Positions 1 through 8,562 of a DNA stretch of 19,447 nt are shown here, in pieces. The stretch lies in assembly GCA_045805065.1 (NCBI GenBank), contig JBJMMA010000195.1:1-19447 (forward strand), in the 5' to 3' direction. The first letter of the stretch is position 1; each line of letters opens with the position of its first letter. Both the position numbers and the translations under genes were made by a program. The stretch is from Bdellovibrionia bacterium. Lineage in GTDB: Bacteria; Bdellovibrionota; UBA1018. Below the pieces are notes generated by a model. It saw nothing but the letters and a program-made list of their open reading frames with translations. It was not told where the DNA came from and did no database searches.

Positions 1-39
1 ACTGCCTACCAGCAAGCGGCATTCCAACGAGCTACTGGA

Positions 40-1023
40 TCATGAAATTGGTCTTTCTATCTTGAGTACAATCTTTCCTCTTTTCCGCCTCGAAGGACTG
101 GCCAGCATCTCGTGCGCCAGGCGGACCTGATCTAAACCCAACACTTCGCCGACTTCCGCACGTACGCCTTCGGAATCAACCATCTCAGTCAGTCGCAATA
201 ACCGCTCTGTTGTAACTTCCACGAGAAAAAACAATCCGCGAACACCTAATTCTTGGGCCCGAAACTTACTCTGCTCAGAGAGTGGCGATACGGCCGAGAC
301 TAGAACGCCCTCCCTTTTCAGCACTTCCAAAGAGCGCTCTTGGATATCTCCTCCCACAAGATCAAGCACGGCGTCTACCTTTGGGGATACCTTCTCAAAA
401 CTTTCCAGTTGATAATCAATCACGTGATCAGCGCCTAGTGATTGCACGTAACCCACATCGCTTGCTTTTACGACGGCGATGGCGCGAATACCTCGTCGTT
501 TGGCAAACTGAAGAACATATCCGCCGACGTTACCTGCGGCACCCTGAATGAGCGCCGTCTGGCCTGCCTTCAAGCGGGCATAATCAAATAGCATCTGCCA
601 GGCGGTCACGGCTACAATCGGGGCAGATGCAGCCTCAAGTTCGTTCCAGCTTTTCGGCTTAGGCGCAATCATAGAAGCTGAGGCTACTGCATACTCAGCC
701 TGCGCACCGGTAAACTGAGAATTTGTCGCGCCAAAGACGGAGAGCCCCGTTCGGAAGCGAGTCACTCCCTCTCCAACTTCTTCAATCACTCCCGAAAAAT
801 CCGATCCCAAGGTCAGAGGCAAGGGTTGAGGAAGCGCACTTTTTCCAGAGCGGATCAACGCATCCCAGGGCCCCACGCCCGCGGCGTGGATGCGAACCAG
901 TACTTCGTTTTTGCAAGGTCTGGGTCGAGCGACGTTTGCAACCCGAATAACCTCGGGTGGACCAAACCTCTCCACTCTCGCGGCACGCATATAACCAAAC
1001 TCATTTCTCTCTAAATTACTCAT
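40..1023 (-). CDS. MDR-superfamily NAD(P)H-dependent oxidoreductase (quinone oxidoreductase / zeta-crystallin-like)
   Basis: Motifs EVLVRIHAAGV, LPLTLGSDFSGVI, nucleotide-binding ALIQGAAGNVG, LGADHVIDY and C-terminal RGKIVL. No catalytic Zn Cys/His set. An alternative start at ATG 990 (MRAARVERFG) fits the usual family N-terminus. Confidence 0.9.
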   Translation of the reverse strand: MSNLERNEFGYMRAARVERFGPPEVIRVANVARPRPCKNEVLVRIHAAGVGPWDALIRSGKSALPQPLPLTLGSDFSGVIEEVGEGVTRFRTGLSVFGATNSQFTGAQAEYAVASASMIAPKPKSWNELEAASAPIVAVTAWQMLFDYARLKAGQTALIQGAAGNVGGYVLQFAKRRGIRAIAVVKASDVGYVQSLGADHVIDYQLESFEKVSPKVDAVLDLVGGDIQERSLEVLKREGVLVSAVSPLSEQSKFRAQELGVRGLFFLVEVTTERLLRLTEMVDSEGVRAEVGEVLGLDQVRLAHEMLASPSRRKRGKIVLKIERPIS

Positions 1024-1183
1024 GTGAATTTTCCGTTAAAATTGGCTGTGCGTACGCGATTGTACTCAGAAGCGCTTCCTGGGCTCAGCGCGAATCCAGG
1101 CACGTGTGCTGCACCATTTCATGACATCCCGTTTCGACACACTGCTTCGGCACAGAAGATGAACAACTATTTCCGGATTTAAT

Positions 1184-2125
1184 ATGCAAGAAACCGGGAC
1201 ATCCGTTCTTATTCAAGACGTTGAGAAAACACTGACCCGGGACGTTCTTGTTCTCGATCGCAAGATTCGAGAAGGACGATTTCAGCGAAGTCTGTCACTG
1301 GTGGCGGGAGCATCGGGGCTCTTGGGCGGCCTTGAGGTGACGCTGCAACATTACCGCGGAAGCTATGGCCAACGCATCATGTACACGCCCGTCGTTCTAA
1401 GCGTTGCGCTGGCTGGTGCGGGCGTAGCTGGCGCATGCAGTCCAAAAATGGCGAGAAGCGTTCTGCCTGTGGCATCAGCAGCGCTCCTGGGCGACGGAGT
1501 CCTGGGATTTCTGATGCACATCCGTGGAATTCATCGCAAGCCTGGAGGCTGGAGAATTCCCATTTTCAATATCGTGATGGGACCGCCCCTCTTCGCGCCT
1601 CTTCTGTTGGGAGTTGGCGGTTTTCTGGGCTTGATTGCCTCACGTCTCAGACCTGAAGAAAGCTCCTCTCCAAGCAGGCAAGAGTCCCGAGCAGAGGAAT
1701 CAAGCCGTGAACTCTCCATTCGTGAAGGTCGCTTTCAAAGGCTATTGGCAACCGCAACCGCTGTGTCTGCTTTCTTAAATGGGGTCGAATCGCTCTATTC
1801 TCATTACAAAACTCGCTTTGAGACCCCAGCACAGTGGATTCCGGTACTTCTGACTCCGCCACTTATGGCTGCGTCCGTGGGTGCCGCTTACAGCCGAAGG
1901 GTCGCGCGCACCTGGCTTCCAGCACTTTCGATCTGCGCCTTAGCGGCAGGAGCGATTGGATCTTACTATCATGTCAGAGGAGCCGCGAGAAAACCTGGAG
2001 GCTTGAAAAAGCTTCCGCTTTACAACTTAGTCTATGGTCCGCCGGCGTTTGCGCCCCTTCTTTTCGCCGCGACAGGCTTCATGGGTCTACTGGCAAGCCA
2101 GCTGCGACGAGAAAAGAGTTTTTAA
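1184..2125 (+). CDS. Polytopic membrane protein made of two tandem ~150-aa repeats, function unknown; first gene of the GMC operon
   Basis: 313-aa ORF with several hydrophobic segments. IREGRFQR...HY...H(I/V)RG..RKPGG...N(I/L)V.GPP.FAPLL...GF.GL.AS.LR occurs twice. The stop overlaps the next start (TAATG, 2123-2127). Confidence 0.85.
   Translation: MQETGTSVLIQDVEKTLTRDVLVLDRKIREGRFQRSLSLVAGASGLLGGLEVTLQHYRGSYGQRIMYTPVVLSVALAGAGVAGACSPKMARSVLPVASAALLGDGVLGFLMHIRGIHRKPGGWRIPIFNIVMGPPLFAPLLLGVGGFLGLIASRLRPEESSSPSRQESRAEESSRELSIREGRFQRLLATATAVSAFLNGVESLYSHYKTRFETPAQWIPVLLTPPLMAASVGAAYSRRVARTWLPALSICALAAGAIGSYYHVRGAARKPGGLKKLPLYNLVYGPPAFAPLLFAATGFMGLLASQLRREKSF
1265..2116 (+). repeat. Internal tandem duplication within the membrane protein, period 453 nt (151 aa)
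   Basis: IREGRFQR begins at 1265 and again at 1718; downstream motifs are colinear in both copies. Confidence 0.9.
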
Positions 2126-2889
2126 TGTCCGACTCTCGGAAACCGAAACTTCCCCGCAATCCAATCACCGGAGAACCCATCCCCCCTCGCGCGCAACCTG
2201 GGTACTATCCGGGGTTTTCAACTTTGTCCCAGAAAGAGTTCTGGGATTCGACAACACGGGAGCTTGTCGTTCACCGGGTCGAGGACATTCCTCCCCTCCG
2301 CTTCTTCAATTACAACGAGGCGGTCATTTTTGAAGCGGTCCTGAACCGCATCTTGCCACAGGAGGATCGAGACAAAGACCATCGAATTCCCATTCTCCAT
2401 TACATTGATCAGCGCCTTTTCGAGAAAAAATTCAACGGGTATATCTACGAGGGAATGCCTGACGAGGACGAAGCACATCGCCTGGCCATCGTCGCGATTG
2501 ATCAGATGGCAAGAGAGCGCCATGGAAAAGCCTTTCCAGAGATTTCTGTCAGGGAGCAAGAAGAGATTCTCAAGTCGATCCACGATGGCAAGCCTTGTGG
2601 AGCCCTGGAGATCTGGAAGCGCATGTCTCCTCAACACTACTGGACACTACTCGTACAGGACGCCTGTGCAGCCTATTACTCTCATCCCTATGCGTGGGAT
2701 GAGATCGGATTTGGCGGTCCTGCATATCCCCGGGGTTATATGCGTCTCTCAGGAGGTCGCCCCGAACCCTGGGAAGTCGATGAGCGACGCTATGAGTGGC
2801 TTGCGCCAGAGGATACGATTTCTGACTCCTATCAAAATCAGGATGATCTCTTTGCCGGCGCTCGACATGGCCAGGGAGGCACGCATTGA
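2125..2889 (+). CDS. Gluconate 2-dehydrogenase subunit 3 family protein (GMC small subunit)
   Basis: True start taken as ATG 2125 (MSDSRKPK), coupled to the upstream TAA. Motifs FFNYNEAVIFEAVLNRILPQ, FPEISVREQEEIL and AYYSHPYAWDEIGFGGPAYPRGY. Lies directly upstream of a GMC flavoprotein. 254 aa. Confidence 0.85.
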   Translation: MSDSRKPKLPRNPITGEPIPPRAQPGYYPGFSTLSQKEFWDSTTRELVVHRVEDIPPLRFFNYNEAVIFEAVLNRILPQEDRDKDHRIPILHYIDQRLFEKKFNGYIYEGMPDEDEAHRLAIVAIDQMARERHGKAFPEISVREQEEILKSIHDGKPCGALEIWKRMSPQHYWTLLVQDACAAYYSHPYAWDEIGFGGPAYPRGYMRLSGGRPEPWEVDERRYEWLAPEDTISDSYQNQDDLFAGARHGQGGTH

Positions 2890-4649
2890 AAAAGCCTTTC
2901 CTGGGTCCATTCAAAAGCCATGGCGGAAAGGATCATACGTTGGGTCCGATTCAGAAGCTTCCTCCGCGCATGAAGAAATATCGGTGGGACGAGGAAGTGG
3001 ACATTGTCATCGTCGGAGTGGGCTCAGCCGGAGGCGTATTGCTCCAGAGACTCTCGCGAGCTGGATTCAGCGTCATAGGCTTTGAAGCAGGTCCCTTTTG
3101 GGACGTCGAGCGCGACTGGGTCAGCGATGAAGCAGGCTCTCATCAACTCTATTGGACGGAGCCCAGGATCACAGGCGGTGAAAATCCGATTACGCTGGGT
3201 GAGAACAACTCGGGCGTGGGCGTAGGTGGAGGATCAGTCCACTGGGCAGGCTTTACTCCTCGCTTTCACCCGTCAGATTTTCGCGTCTACAGCGAAGACG
3301 GCATGGGCGTCGATTGGCCAATTTCGTATGAGGACCTTAAACCTTATTACGAATGGCTTGAGCATGAGATTCCCGTCTCCGGCCCCCCTCACTTTCCCTG
3401 GGGTGATCCGCACGGCTATACCTATGGGTCTCATCCTCCTCAAGGCACCTCTGATGTTCTAGTGAAAGGATGCACGCAGCTTGGAATTCGAGTTTCAGTG
3501 GGAGGTCCGGTCGCAATCAATGCAGGCGCCTACGGAGATCGTCCTCACTGCATTTACCGGGGCTTTTGCATCCAGGGCTGCAAAGTAGGCGCGAAACAAA
3601 GCACACTCGTCAGTCACGTTCCTGATGCGATTCTGGATGGTGCGGAAATCAGAGACCGCTGCATGGTTTCCAGAATTAACATGAAAGACGGTCGCGCAAC
3701 GGGCGTCACCTATTTTGATTCAGAAGGAACAGAGCGCGAGCAGCGCGCAAAAATAGTCATCGTCTGTGGATACGCGATTGAGACGCCAAGGCTTCTTTTA
3801 AACTCCGCTTGCCCGGGATTCTCGCACGGACTTGCAAACTCCAGCGGAACACTCGGCAAGTACCTCATGGTTCAGGCCGGAAATGTGTTGCTTGGACGCT
3901 TTGATGAACTGGTTCGAATGTACAAGGGCCCGCCTGCACACTCCCTCACGGAAGAATTTTATGAGACAGACCCAAAGCGAGACTTTGTCCGAGGATTTGC
4001 GATCCAGACGGTCGGCCCTCTACCCATCGCATTTGCGAAACAGATGATGGCCGCTAAAGGAGCCTGGGGTTGGGGATTGCGCCGAGTGATGATGGATTAC
4101 AATCATTGGGCAGCGATTGCGGTGCTGGGCGAGATTCTCCCTTGGGAAGATAACCAGGTGACCCTCGCCGACAAGCGCGATCGCTTCGGGCTTCCCGTGG
4201 GAAAGATCACTTTCAGGCTCCATGAAAACGACAAACGAATGGTGAAATTTGCGGTTTCGAAAACCAAAGAGGTCCTTGAAGCAGCGGGAGCCAAGGAAGT
4301 CGTTCAGGAGCCGCGTTACGCGCATTTGGTCGGAGGCGCTCGAATGGGCAATAACCCCCAGACTTCCGTGGTGGATCGCTTTGGAGGTGCCCACGACGTT
4401 CCGAATCTCTTTATCTGCGACGGAAGCATCCTACCCACTCAGGGTTCCGCAAACCCCGGGCTCACGATCCAGGCACTTGCGGCCAGAACCGCTGACCACC
4501 TCGTGCAGGAAGCGCACAATGTTTTCCTGGGACGCAAGCGCTCGCTCGAAGCACCCAGACTTCATTACGAGCTCTCTCCTCGCGGCGCTCATGGGCGCGG
4601 GATGATCCGCCTCAAGTCATCTCATCCCGTTCGATTTGGGATGCGCTAG
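2886..4649 (+). CDS. GMC-family FAD-dependent oxidoreductase (gluconate/glucose dehydrogenase large-subunit type)
   Basis: FAD motif DIVIVGVGSAGG...FEAG, GVGGGSVHWAG, Cys motif CIYRGFCIQGC, IETPRLLLNS, catalytic HLVGGARMG and GSANPGLTIQALA. The TTG start overlaps the upstream TGA; alternative ATG at 2970. Confidence 0.93.
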   Translation: MKKPFLGPFKSHGGKDHTLGPIQKLPPRMKKYRWDEEVDIVIVGVGSAGGVLLQRLSRAGFSVIGFEAGPFWDVERDWVSDEAGSHQLYWTEPRITGGENPITLGENNSGVGVGGGSVHWAGFTPRFHPSDFRVYSEDGMGVDWPISYEDLKPYYEWLEHEIPVSGPPHFPWGDPHGYTYGSHPPQGTSDVLVKGCTQLGIRVSVGGPVAINAGAYGDRPHCIYRGFCIQGCKVGAKQSTLVSHVPDAILDGAEIRDRCMVSRINMKDGRATGVTYFDSEGTEREQRAKIVIVCGYAIETPRLLLNSACPGFSHGLANSSGTLGKYLMVQAGNVLLGRFDELVRMYKGPPAHSLTEEFYETDPKRDFVRGFAIQTVGPLPIAFAKQMMAAKGAWGWGLRRVMMDYNHWAAIAVLGEILPWEDNQVTLADKRDRFGLPVGKITFRLHENDKRMVKFAVSKTKEVLEAAGAKEVVQEPRYAHLVGGARMGNNPQTSVVDRFGGAHDVPNLFICDGSILPTQGSANPGLTIQALAARTADHLVQEAHNVFLGRKRSLEAPRLHYELSPRGAHGRGMIRLKSSHPVRFGMR

Positions 4650-4651
4650 AC

Positions 4652-6910
4652 TCAGTCAGCCACGGTACCGCCCAGATAAGGTCCATTAACATAGGTAGTA
4701 CCATTGACGGTCAAAACGCCTGCAGCAGTCGTTGCGCCACTGTCTTTGCGATGGATGGTGTTGCTGTTCAGAGATAGGCCATTCACGCTGAAGTTGTATC
4801 CACTCATGTAAAGCGTGCCTGAGGTCAGCGTCCAGGTGTTGCCTTGAGAATAGTCGCTGGCAAGCACGACCGCACCGCTTGGCTTGTTGATTGTTACACC
4901 TCCACTCGGCATGGAGGTAGTACCCATGGTAACCGTCTGCGTGCCTGTTCCTACGAACTGTACGGCGATTGAACCGGTGAAATTACTGGCGCTACTTGCC
5001 GCGAAATTCCCACTGACAACGAGGGTTCCAGAGTTGAGAGCATTCCCGTACGAGCCGGCTGCGTATGTGAGATCACCCGCAATCGTCATTGTGTTGCCAC
5101 CTAAAGTATAAGATGCGCAAGCCCCACTGATGGACACGTTATTGTAAGTGAAATTTCCAGGAGTGATCGTATAAGGTCCTCCACATAGACCATTTAAGCT
5201 CAGAGTAGAGCCTGTCGTGATCAGTGATCCTGCGGAACTTGCGATGTAGTGCCCTCTGACCATCACTGTTCCACTCAGCGTGACAGGATTGGAGCCTGCA
5301 GCAATGGTTAGATTAGGAATGGAACCACCACTCGCAGTGCTCACTGTCTGTCCCGAAGCATTACCTGTCAGCGTAATCACTGCCGATCCGCCAAAGCCTC
5401 CAGGACCAGTAGCCGTGACATTGCCACCTACTGCTAAAGTGCCAGAATTGATGACATTGTAAGCTGCCGCGTCCCCATAAATGAGGCTTAGGTTTCCGGC
5501 GATCGTCATCGTAGCCCCGCCAAGATCATGGACATTGCCGTAGCTACCTGTAAATGACACGTTATTATAGGTCACGTTTCCTGGCGTAACAGTAAATGTG
5601 GCCCATCCACCGCCCAGTACAAGCGTGGATCCCGTTGTTGTCATCGTACCCACAGAATTAACAACGTAATTGCCGGAAACATTGACTGTACCGCTCAACG
5701 TGACCGGATTGGTCCCTGCCGCAATTGTGAGATGGGGAATAATTCCGTTGCTTGGCGTGCTCACCGTCGAGCCAGACGCATTTCCCACCACTTTAATGAC
5801 TGCAGATCCAGAATAATAAGTCGGCCCAGTCACAGTCACGTTCCCTTGCACCGAAATTGTTCCTGAATTGATCGCTGAATTGTAGGAGGGATTAAGAACA
5901 GATAGATTGCCTGCGACGTTCAGAGTACCGTTATTGAAAGTATAAGTCGCACAAGTGGCGCCGATGTTGACCTGATTAAAGGTAGCGTTACCTGGTGAAA
6001 TAGAGTGCGTGGCACATGTTCCTTGAATTGTGAGCGTTCCTCCATTGTGAGTAAACGTTGCCCCGCTACCAACAGTCAGTGTCAGTGGATTATAGCCACC
6101 GTAAGTTCCAAAAATCAGCGTGCCTGACGTCGATGTGAACGATCCCCCGTTGATGACCAGGTTGCTATTACCTACCGAGATTGCATCACCTGAAGAACTT
6201 CCAGAGAAATTTCCTGCGAGTTGCACCCAACCACCATCTCCAACTGTAACTGTATTTCCAGCACTTTGCGTAATGGTTCCGGAGTAATCCGAGTTCATTC
6301 TGACGCCATAGATACTGATATTGGTGCTGATCGTGGGTGAGCAGTTCGAAGAGCATGCTGAGCCTTTGAAAACTGCAACCTTAGATGACCCAGGTGCTGC
6401 ACCTCCGGACCAGTTTGCAGCTGTACTCCACTGCGCGTCAGCACCTGCTCCAGTCCAGATATAAGGATTGGTGCTCAAAGTCTCTGTCTGAATGGCAGAC
6501 GTGTATGTGGACGCCGATGCAGTAATGGTTGCAGAGCCGGTTGCGGTATCAATGAAATAGAAGCTTGCTGCATTATTACCCGATGGAATCGTCACTGAAG
6601 TAATTGACAGAGTACAGGCAGAGTCTGAGTAAAACGTCACTCCTGCTGGAGCGCTCAGACTGACCGTGAGGTCGGAACTTACGTTCTTAACGGCGCCAAA
6701 AGGGTTTTTAGTTTGAACAGTGACAGCTCCTGAGCAGTTTTCGGCGTAGATGCTTTGGGCGGATGTCGTGAACTGTAACTTATTGTACTGCGTCTTAAAC
6801 CATGCACCTACATTGTAGTAAGCTGCGGCATGGGCATTCGCAGAAACGAACGTCAACAGCGCAGCGGTAACGATCTGGTTATATTTTCTGATCGGCTTGC
6901 ACTGGCTCAT
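4652..6910 (-). CDS. Secreted Gly/Ser/Thr/Asn-rich adhesin-like protein: signal peptide, Ig-like domain, beta-helix repeats; no translocator domain
   Basis: Start reassigned to ATG 6910, which has a GGAGG RBS just upstream; 752 aa. Signal peptide ends ANAHA. Ig-like segment (LQFTTSAQ...FYSDSAC...SFYFIDT), then WTGAGADAQWSTAANWSGG passenger-type motif, then ~140-aa beta-strand repeats. Confidence 0.8.
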   Translation of the reverse strand: MSQCKPIRKYNQIVTAALLTFVSANAHAAAYYNVGAWFKTQYNKLQFTTSAQSIYAENCSGAVTVQTKNPFGAVKNVSSDLTVSLSAPAGVTFYSDSACTLSITSVTIPSGNNAASFYFIDTATGSATITASASTYTSAIQTETLSTNPYIWTGAGADAQWSTAANWSGGAAPGSSKVAVFKGSACSSNCSPTISTNISIYGVRMNSDYSGTITQSAGNTVTVGDGGWVQLAGNFSGSSSGDAISVGNSNLVINGGSFTSTSGTLIFGTYGGYNPLTLTVGSGATFTHNGGTLTIQGTCATHSISPGNATFNQVNIGATCATYTFNNGTLNVAGNLSVLNPSYNSAINSGTISVQGNVTVTGPTYYSGSAVIKVVGNASGSTVSTPSNGIIPHLTIAAGTNPVTLSGTVNVSGNYVVNSVGTMTTTGSTLVLGGGWATFTVTPGNVTYNNVSFTGSYGNVHDLGGATMTIAGNLSLIYGDAAAYNVINSGTLAVGGNVTATGPGGFGGSAVITLTGNASGQTVSTASGGSIPNLTIAAGSNPVTLSGTVMVRGHYIASSAGSLITTGSTLSLNGLCGGPYTITPGNFTYNNVSISGACASYTLGGNTMTIAGDLTYAAGSYGNALNSGTLVVSGNFAASSASNFTGSIAVQFVGTGTQTVTMGTTSMPSGGVTINKPSGAVVLASDYSQGNTWTLTSGTLYMSGYNFSVNGLSLNSNTIHRKDSGATTAAGVLTVNGTTYVNGPYLGGTVAD
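4950..6070 (-). repeat. About 2.5 degenerate tandem repeats, period 420 nt (140 aa), in the adhesin
   Basis: IPHLTIAAGTNPVTLSGTV versus IPNLTIAAGSNPVTLSGTV; DNA tgacaggatt at 5281 versus tgaccggatt at 5701. (S/T)PGN.T(F/Y)N.V and (I/L)NSGT each recur three times. Boundaries are approximate. Confidence 0.85.
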
Positions 6911-6930
6911 AGTATGCCTCCACAGCCATC

Positions 6931-8562
6931 TCAGAATCCACTCACCCAACTGATCGTACAAACGCTTGCAGTATCCACGCTGAAATAGAGAATTGAATAA
7001 ATCGTATAAGTTCCGCTCGTAGCAGCATTGCTTGGCTGATAGGACGTCGTGCAACCTGTGAATGTATAAGTATGCGCGCCGGTATCGTGAACAATCACGG
7101 TATATGCGCCACCCGTCACCATATTGCTCAGAGCAAACGAGGTCGTTGTTGCGTTTGCCGAAGGAATGACAGCCACGTTTCCTTTTGAGAAATCGATCGT
7201 CGATCCGCTTGAGACTGTGAACTGATTTGAAGTGATCGCACCTGTTGCGGCAATCGCCGGAGTCGTGGCACCTGAAGGATTAGCAACGCTGAGAACCGAG
7301 GTTGGTCCAGTTGTTCCAATGCCAATGTTTCCGCCTGTAGCTAAAACCAGCCGAGGAGCCCCGCTTTGGATTCCTCCTTCGGTGAAGACCAGCTTTCCAG
7401 ATCCATATCCGCTTGAGTTTCCGGTGGAGTTCAAGGACCAGGAGGCGCCACCTGTACCGTTATTGGCAATGACGATCCCGACGTTATCACAAAGGCTTCC
7501 AGCGCAAATCGACGTGCCATCAATCCTTAATCCATCACCATTAGTCTTACCCAAGATTGAAAGCGACGATGCAGGACCCGTCGTGCCGATTCCTACGTTT
7601 CCTGCGGTGTAATAAATATCGGATCCATTGAGCGTAAATGGGCTTGCGCCCGTAGGGCCAGCACTGCCCGTAGGTCCAGTAGCACCCGTCACTCCTGTTG
7701 GACCCGTAGCGCCTGTGGCTCCTGCGGTACCAGTCGCACCCGTTGCACCGGTAGGTCCTGCGGCGCCCGTAGCGCCCGTCGCACCTGTTAATCCTGTTGG
7801 ACCCGTAGCACCCGTGGCACCAGCAGCACCGGTTGGTCCCGTGGCGCCTGTCGTACCCGCGGTACCTGTTGCTCCCACAAGTCCAGTGCTCGGTCCTACC
7901 CAGTTACCACTGGAGTCGATCACTTGTGAGCCATTCACTTTCAGACCGTTGCCTGAAGGAATGACAGCATCAGAACCTGAGAGCTGAATGAAGTTTCCAA
8001 GCGGGATGCCTTGAAAGGTCTCAGCGGACCATGCCTGAGGGACAGCATCAATCTTTTCATCTGGAGAAAGAGTGACAGGAACACCCGTAGAGGATGGAGT
8101 CACTTGAACCTGCATCACACGACCATCGCCTGCGGATGCCGTATAGCCTGACGTACAGTTCGTGCCCGCTGCCCGAATCTGCGTGCCATCGTTTCTGAAG
8201 ATCGTGGCCATCCGAAGACCAGGATCGTTTCCAGTGCGCTTGCCACCAGAGGTTGTCGCTTGTCCAACTTGCACGGAAAACATTCCATCTGTGGTTGTCG
8301 TGTCGACGGTTTGAGTCTCTTCGTAGAGAAGACAGCTCTTGGATGGATTATAGATGGAAAGAACGATCGTGACGCTGGAGTCGCTCAGCGGTGTTCCGGC
8401 GTTATTGAGAAGCTGTCCTTGATAGGTAAAGGTCTGAGCGTTTTCTGAAAACCCGTAGGCAAACAAAGGCTGAAAAAGCAGAGTAACCCACAGTGCCAAC
8501 AGGACCTGCGCGCCAGTACTAACCCTTTTGCTAATTTTTTTAACGATGAGTCTGTTACTCAT
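6931..8562 (-). CDS. Trimeric surface fibre protein with a collagen-like shaft, resembling Bdellovibrio MAT / phage-tail-fibre-like proteins
   Basis: Signal peptide, then [16 protein letters not shown]...[15 protein letters not shown]...GMFSVQVG...AVPQAWSAE (the N-terminal domain type of Bdellovibrio fibre proteins), 27 Gly-X-Y triplets, two GN(V/I)GIGTTGP fibre motifs and a ~90-aa beta-rich C-terminal domain ending SWVSGF. GAGGA upstream of the ATG. Confidence 0.82.
   Translation of the reverse strand: MSNRLIVKKISKRVSTGAQVLLALWVTLLFQPLFAYGFSENAQTFTYQGQLLNNAGTPLSDSSVTIVLSIYNPSKSCLLYEETQTVDTTTTDGMFSVQVGQATTSGGKRTGNDPGLRMATIFRNDGTQIRAAGTNCTSGYTASAGDGRVMQVQVTPSSTGVPVTLSPDEKIDAVPQAWSAETFQGIPLGNFIQLSGSDAVIPSGNGLKVNGSQVIDSSGNWVGPSTGLVGATGTAGTTGATGPTGAAGATGATGPTGLTGATGATGAAGPTGATGATGTAGATGATGPTGVTGATGPTGSAGPTGASPFTLNGSDIYYTAGNVGIGTTGPASSLSILGKTNGDGLRIDGTSICAGSLCDNVGIVIANNGTGGASWSLNSTGNSSGYGSGKLVFTEGGIQSGAPRLVLATGGNIGIGTTGPTSVLSVANPSGATTPAIAATGAITSNQFTVSSGSTIDFSKGNVAVIPSANATTTSFALSNMVTGGAYTVIVHDTGAHTYTFTGCTTSYQPSNAATSGTYTIYSILYFSVDTASVCTISWVSGF
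7642..7884 (-). repeat. Collagen-like (Gly-X-Y)27 tract dominated by GAT/GPT
   Basis: 243 nt, [18 protein letters not shown]...GSA-GPT-GAS, uninterrupted. Confidence 0.95.

Noticed and set aside
32..43. Coupled downstream gene starting at the ATGA overlap with the oxidoreductase stop
   Set aside because: The frame reads M-I-Q-stop, so no gene is supported.
1834..2124. N-terminal extension of the 351-aa ORF
   Set aside because: Lies inside the membrane-protein gene; the TAATG coupling points to a start at 2125.
2405..3085. 226-aa alternative-frame ORF across the small-subunit/GMC junction
   Set aside because: Overlaps two well-supported genes; the Ser/Arg-rich composition is typical of an off-frame translation.
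4652..6910. Classical autotransporter (type Va) or TpsA
   Set aside because: No C-terminal beta-barrel or terminal aromatic residue (ends GGTVAD), no recognisable TPS domain and no TpsB gene in the window.
6911..7054. 48-aa N-terminal extension of the 800-aa ORF
   Set aside because: Overlaps the fibre gene. ATG 6910 has a GGAGG RBS and gives a proper signal peptide.
7628..7987. Plus-strand ORF with [11 protein letters not shown] repeats
   Set aside because: Antisense shadow of the collagen Gly-X-Thr codons; no RBS or independent evidence.
4652..8562. Prophage tail module or diversity-generating retroelement target
   Set aside because: Both genes have signal peptides and there are no other phage genes. 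No reverse transcriptase or near-identical TR/VR pair is present; the 420-nt repeats differ at all base types.
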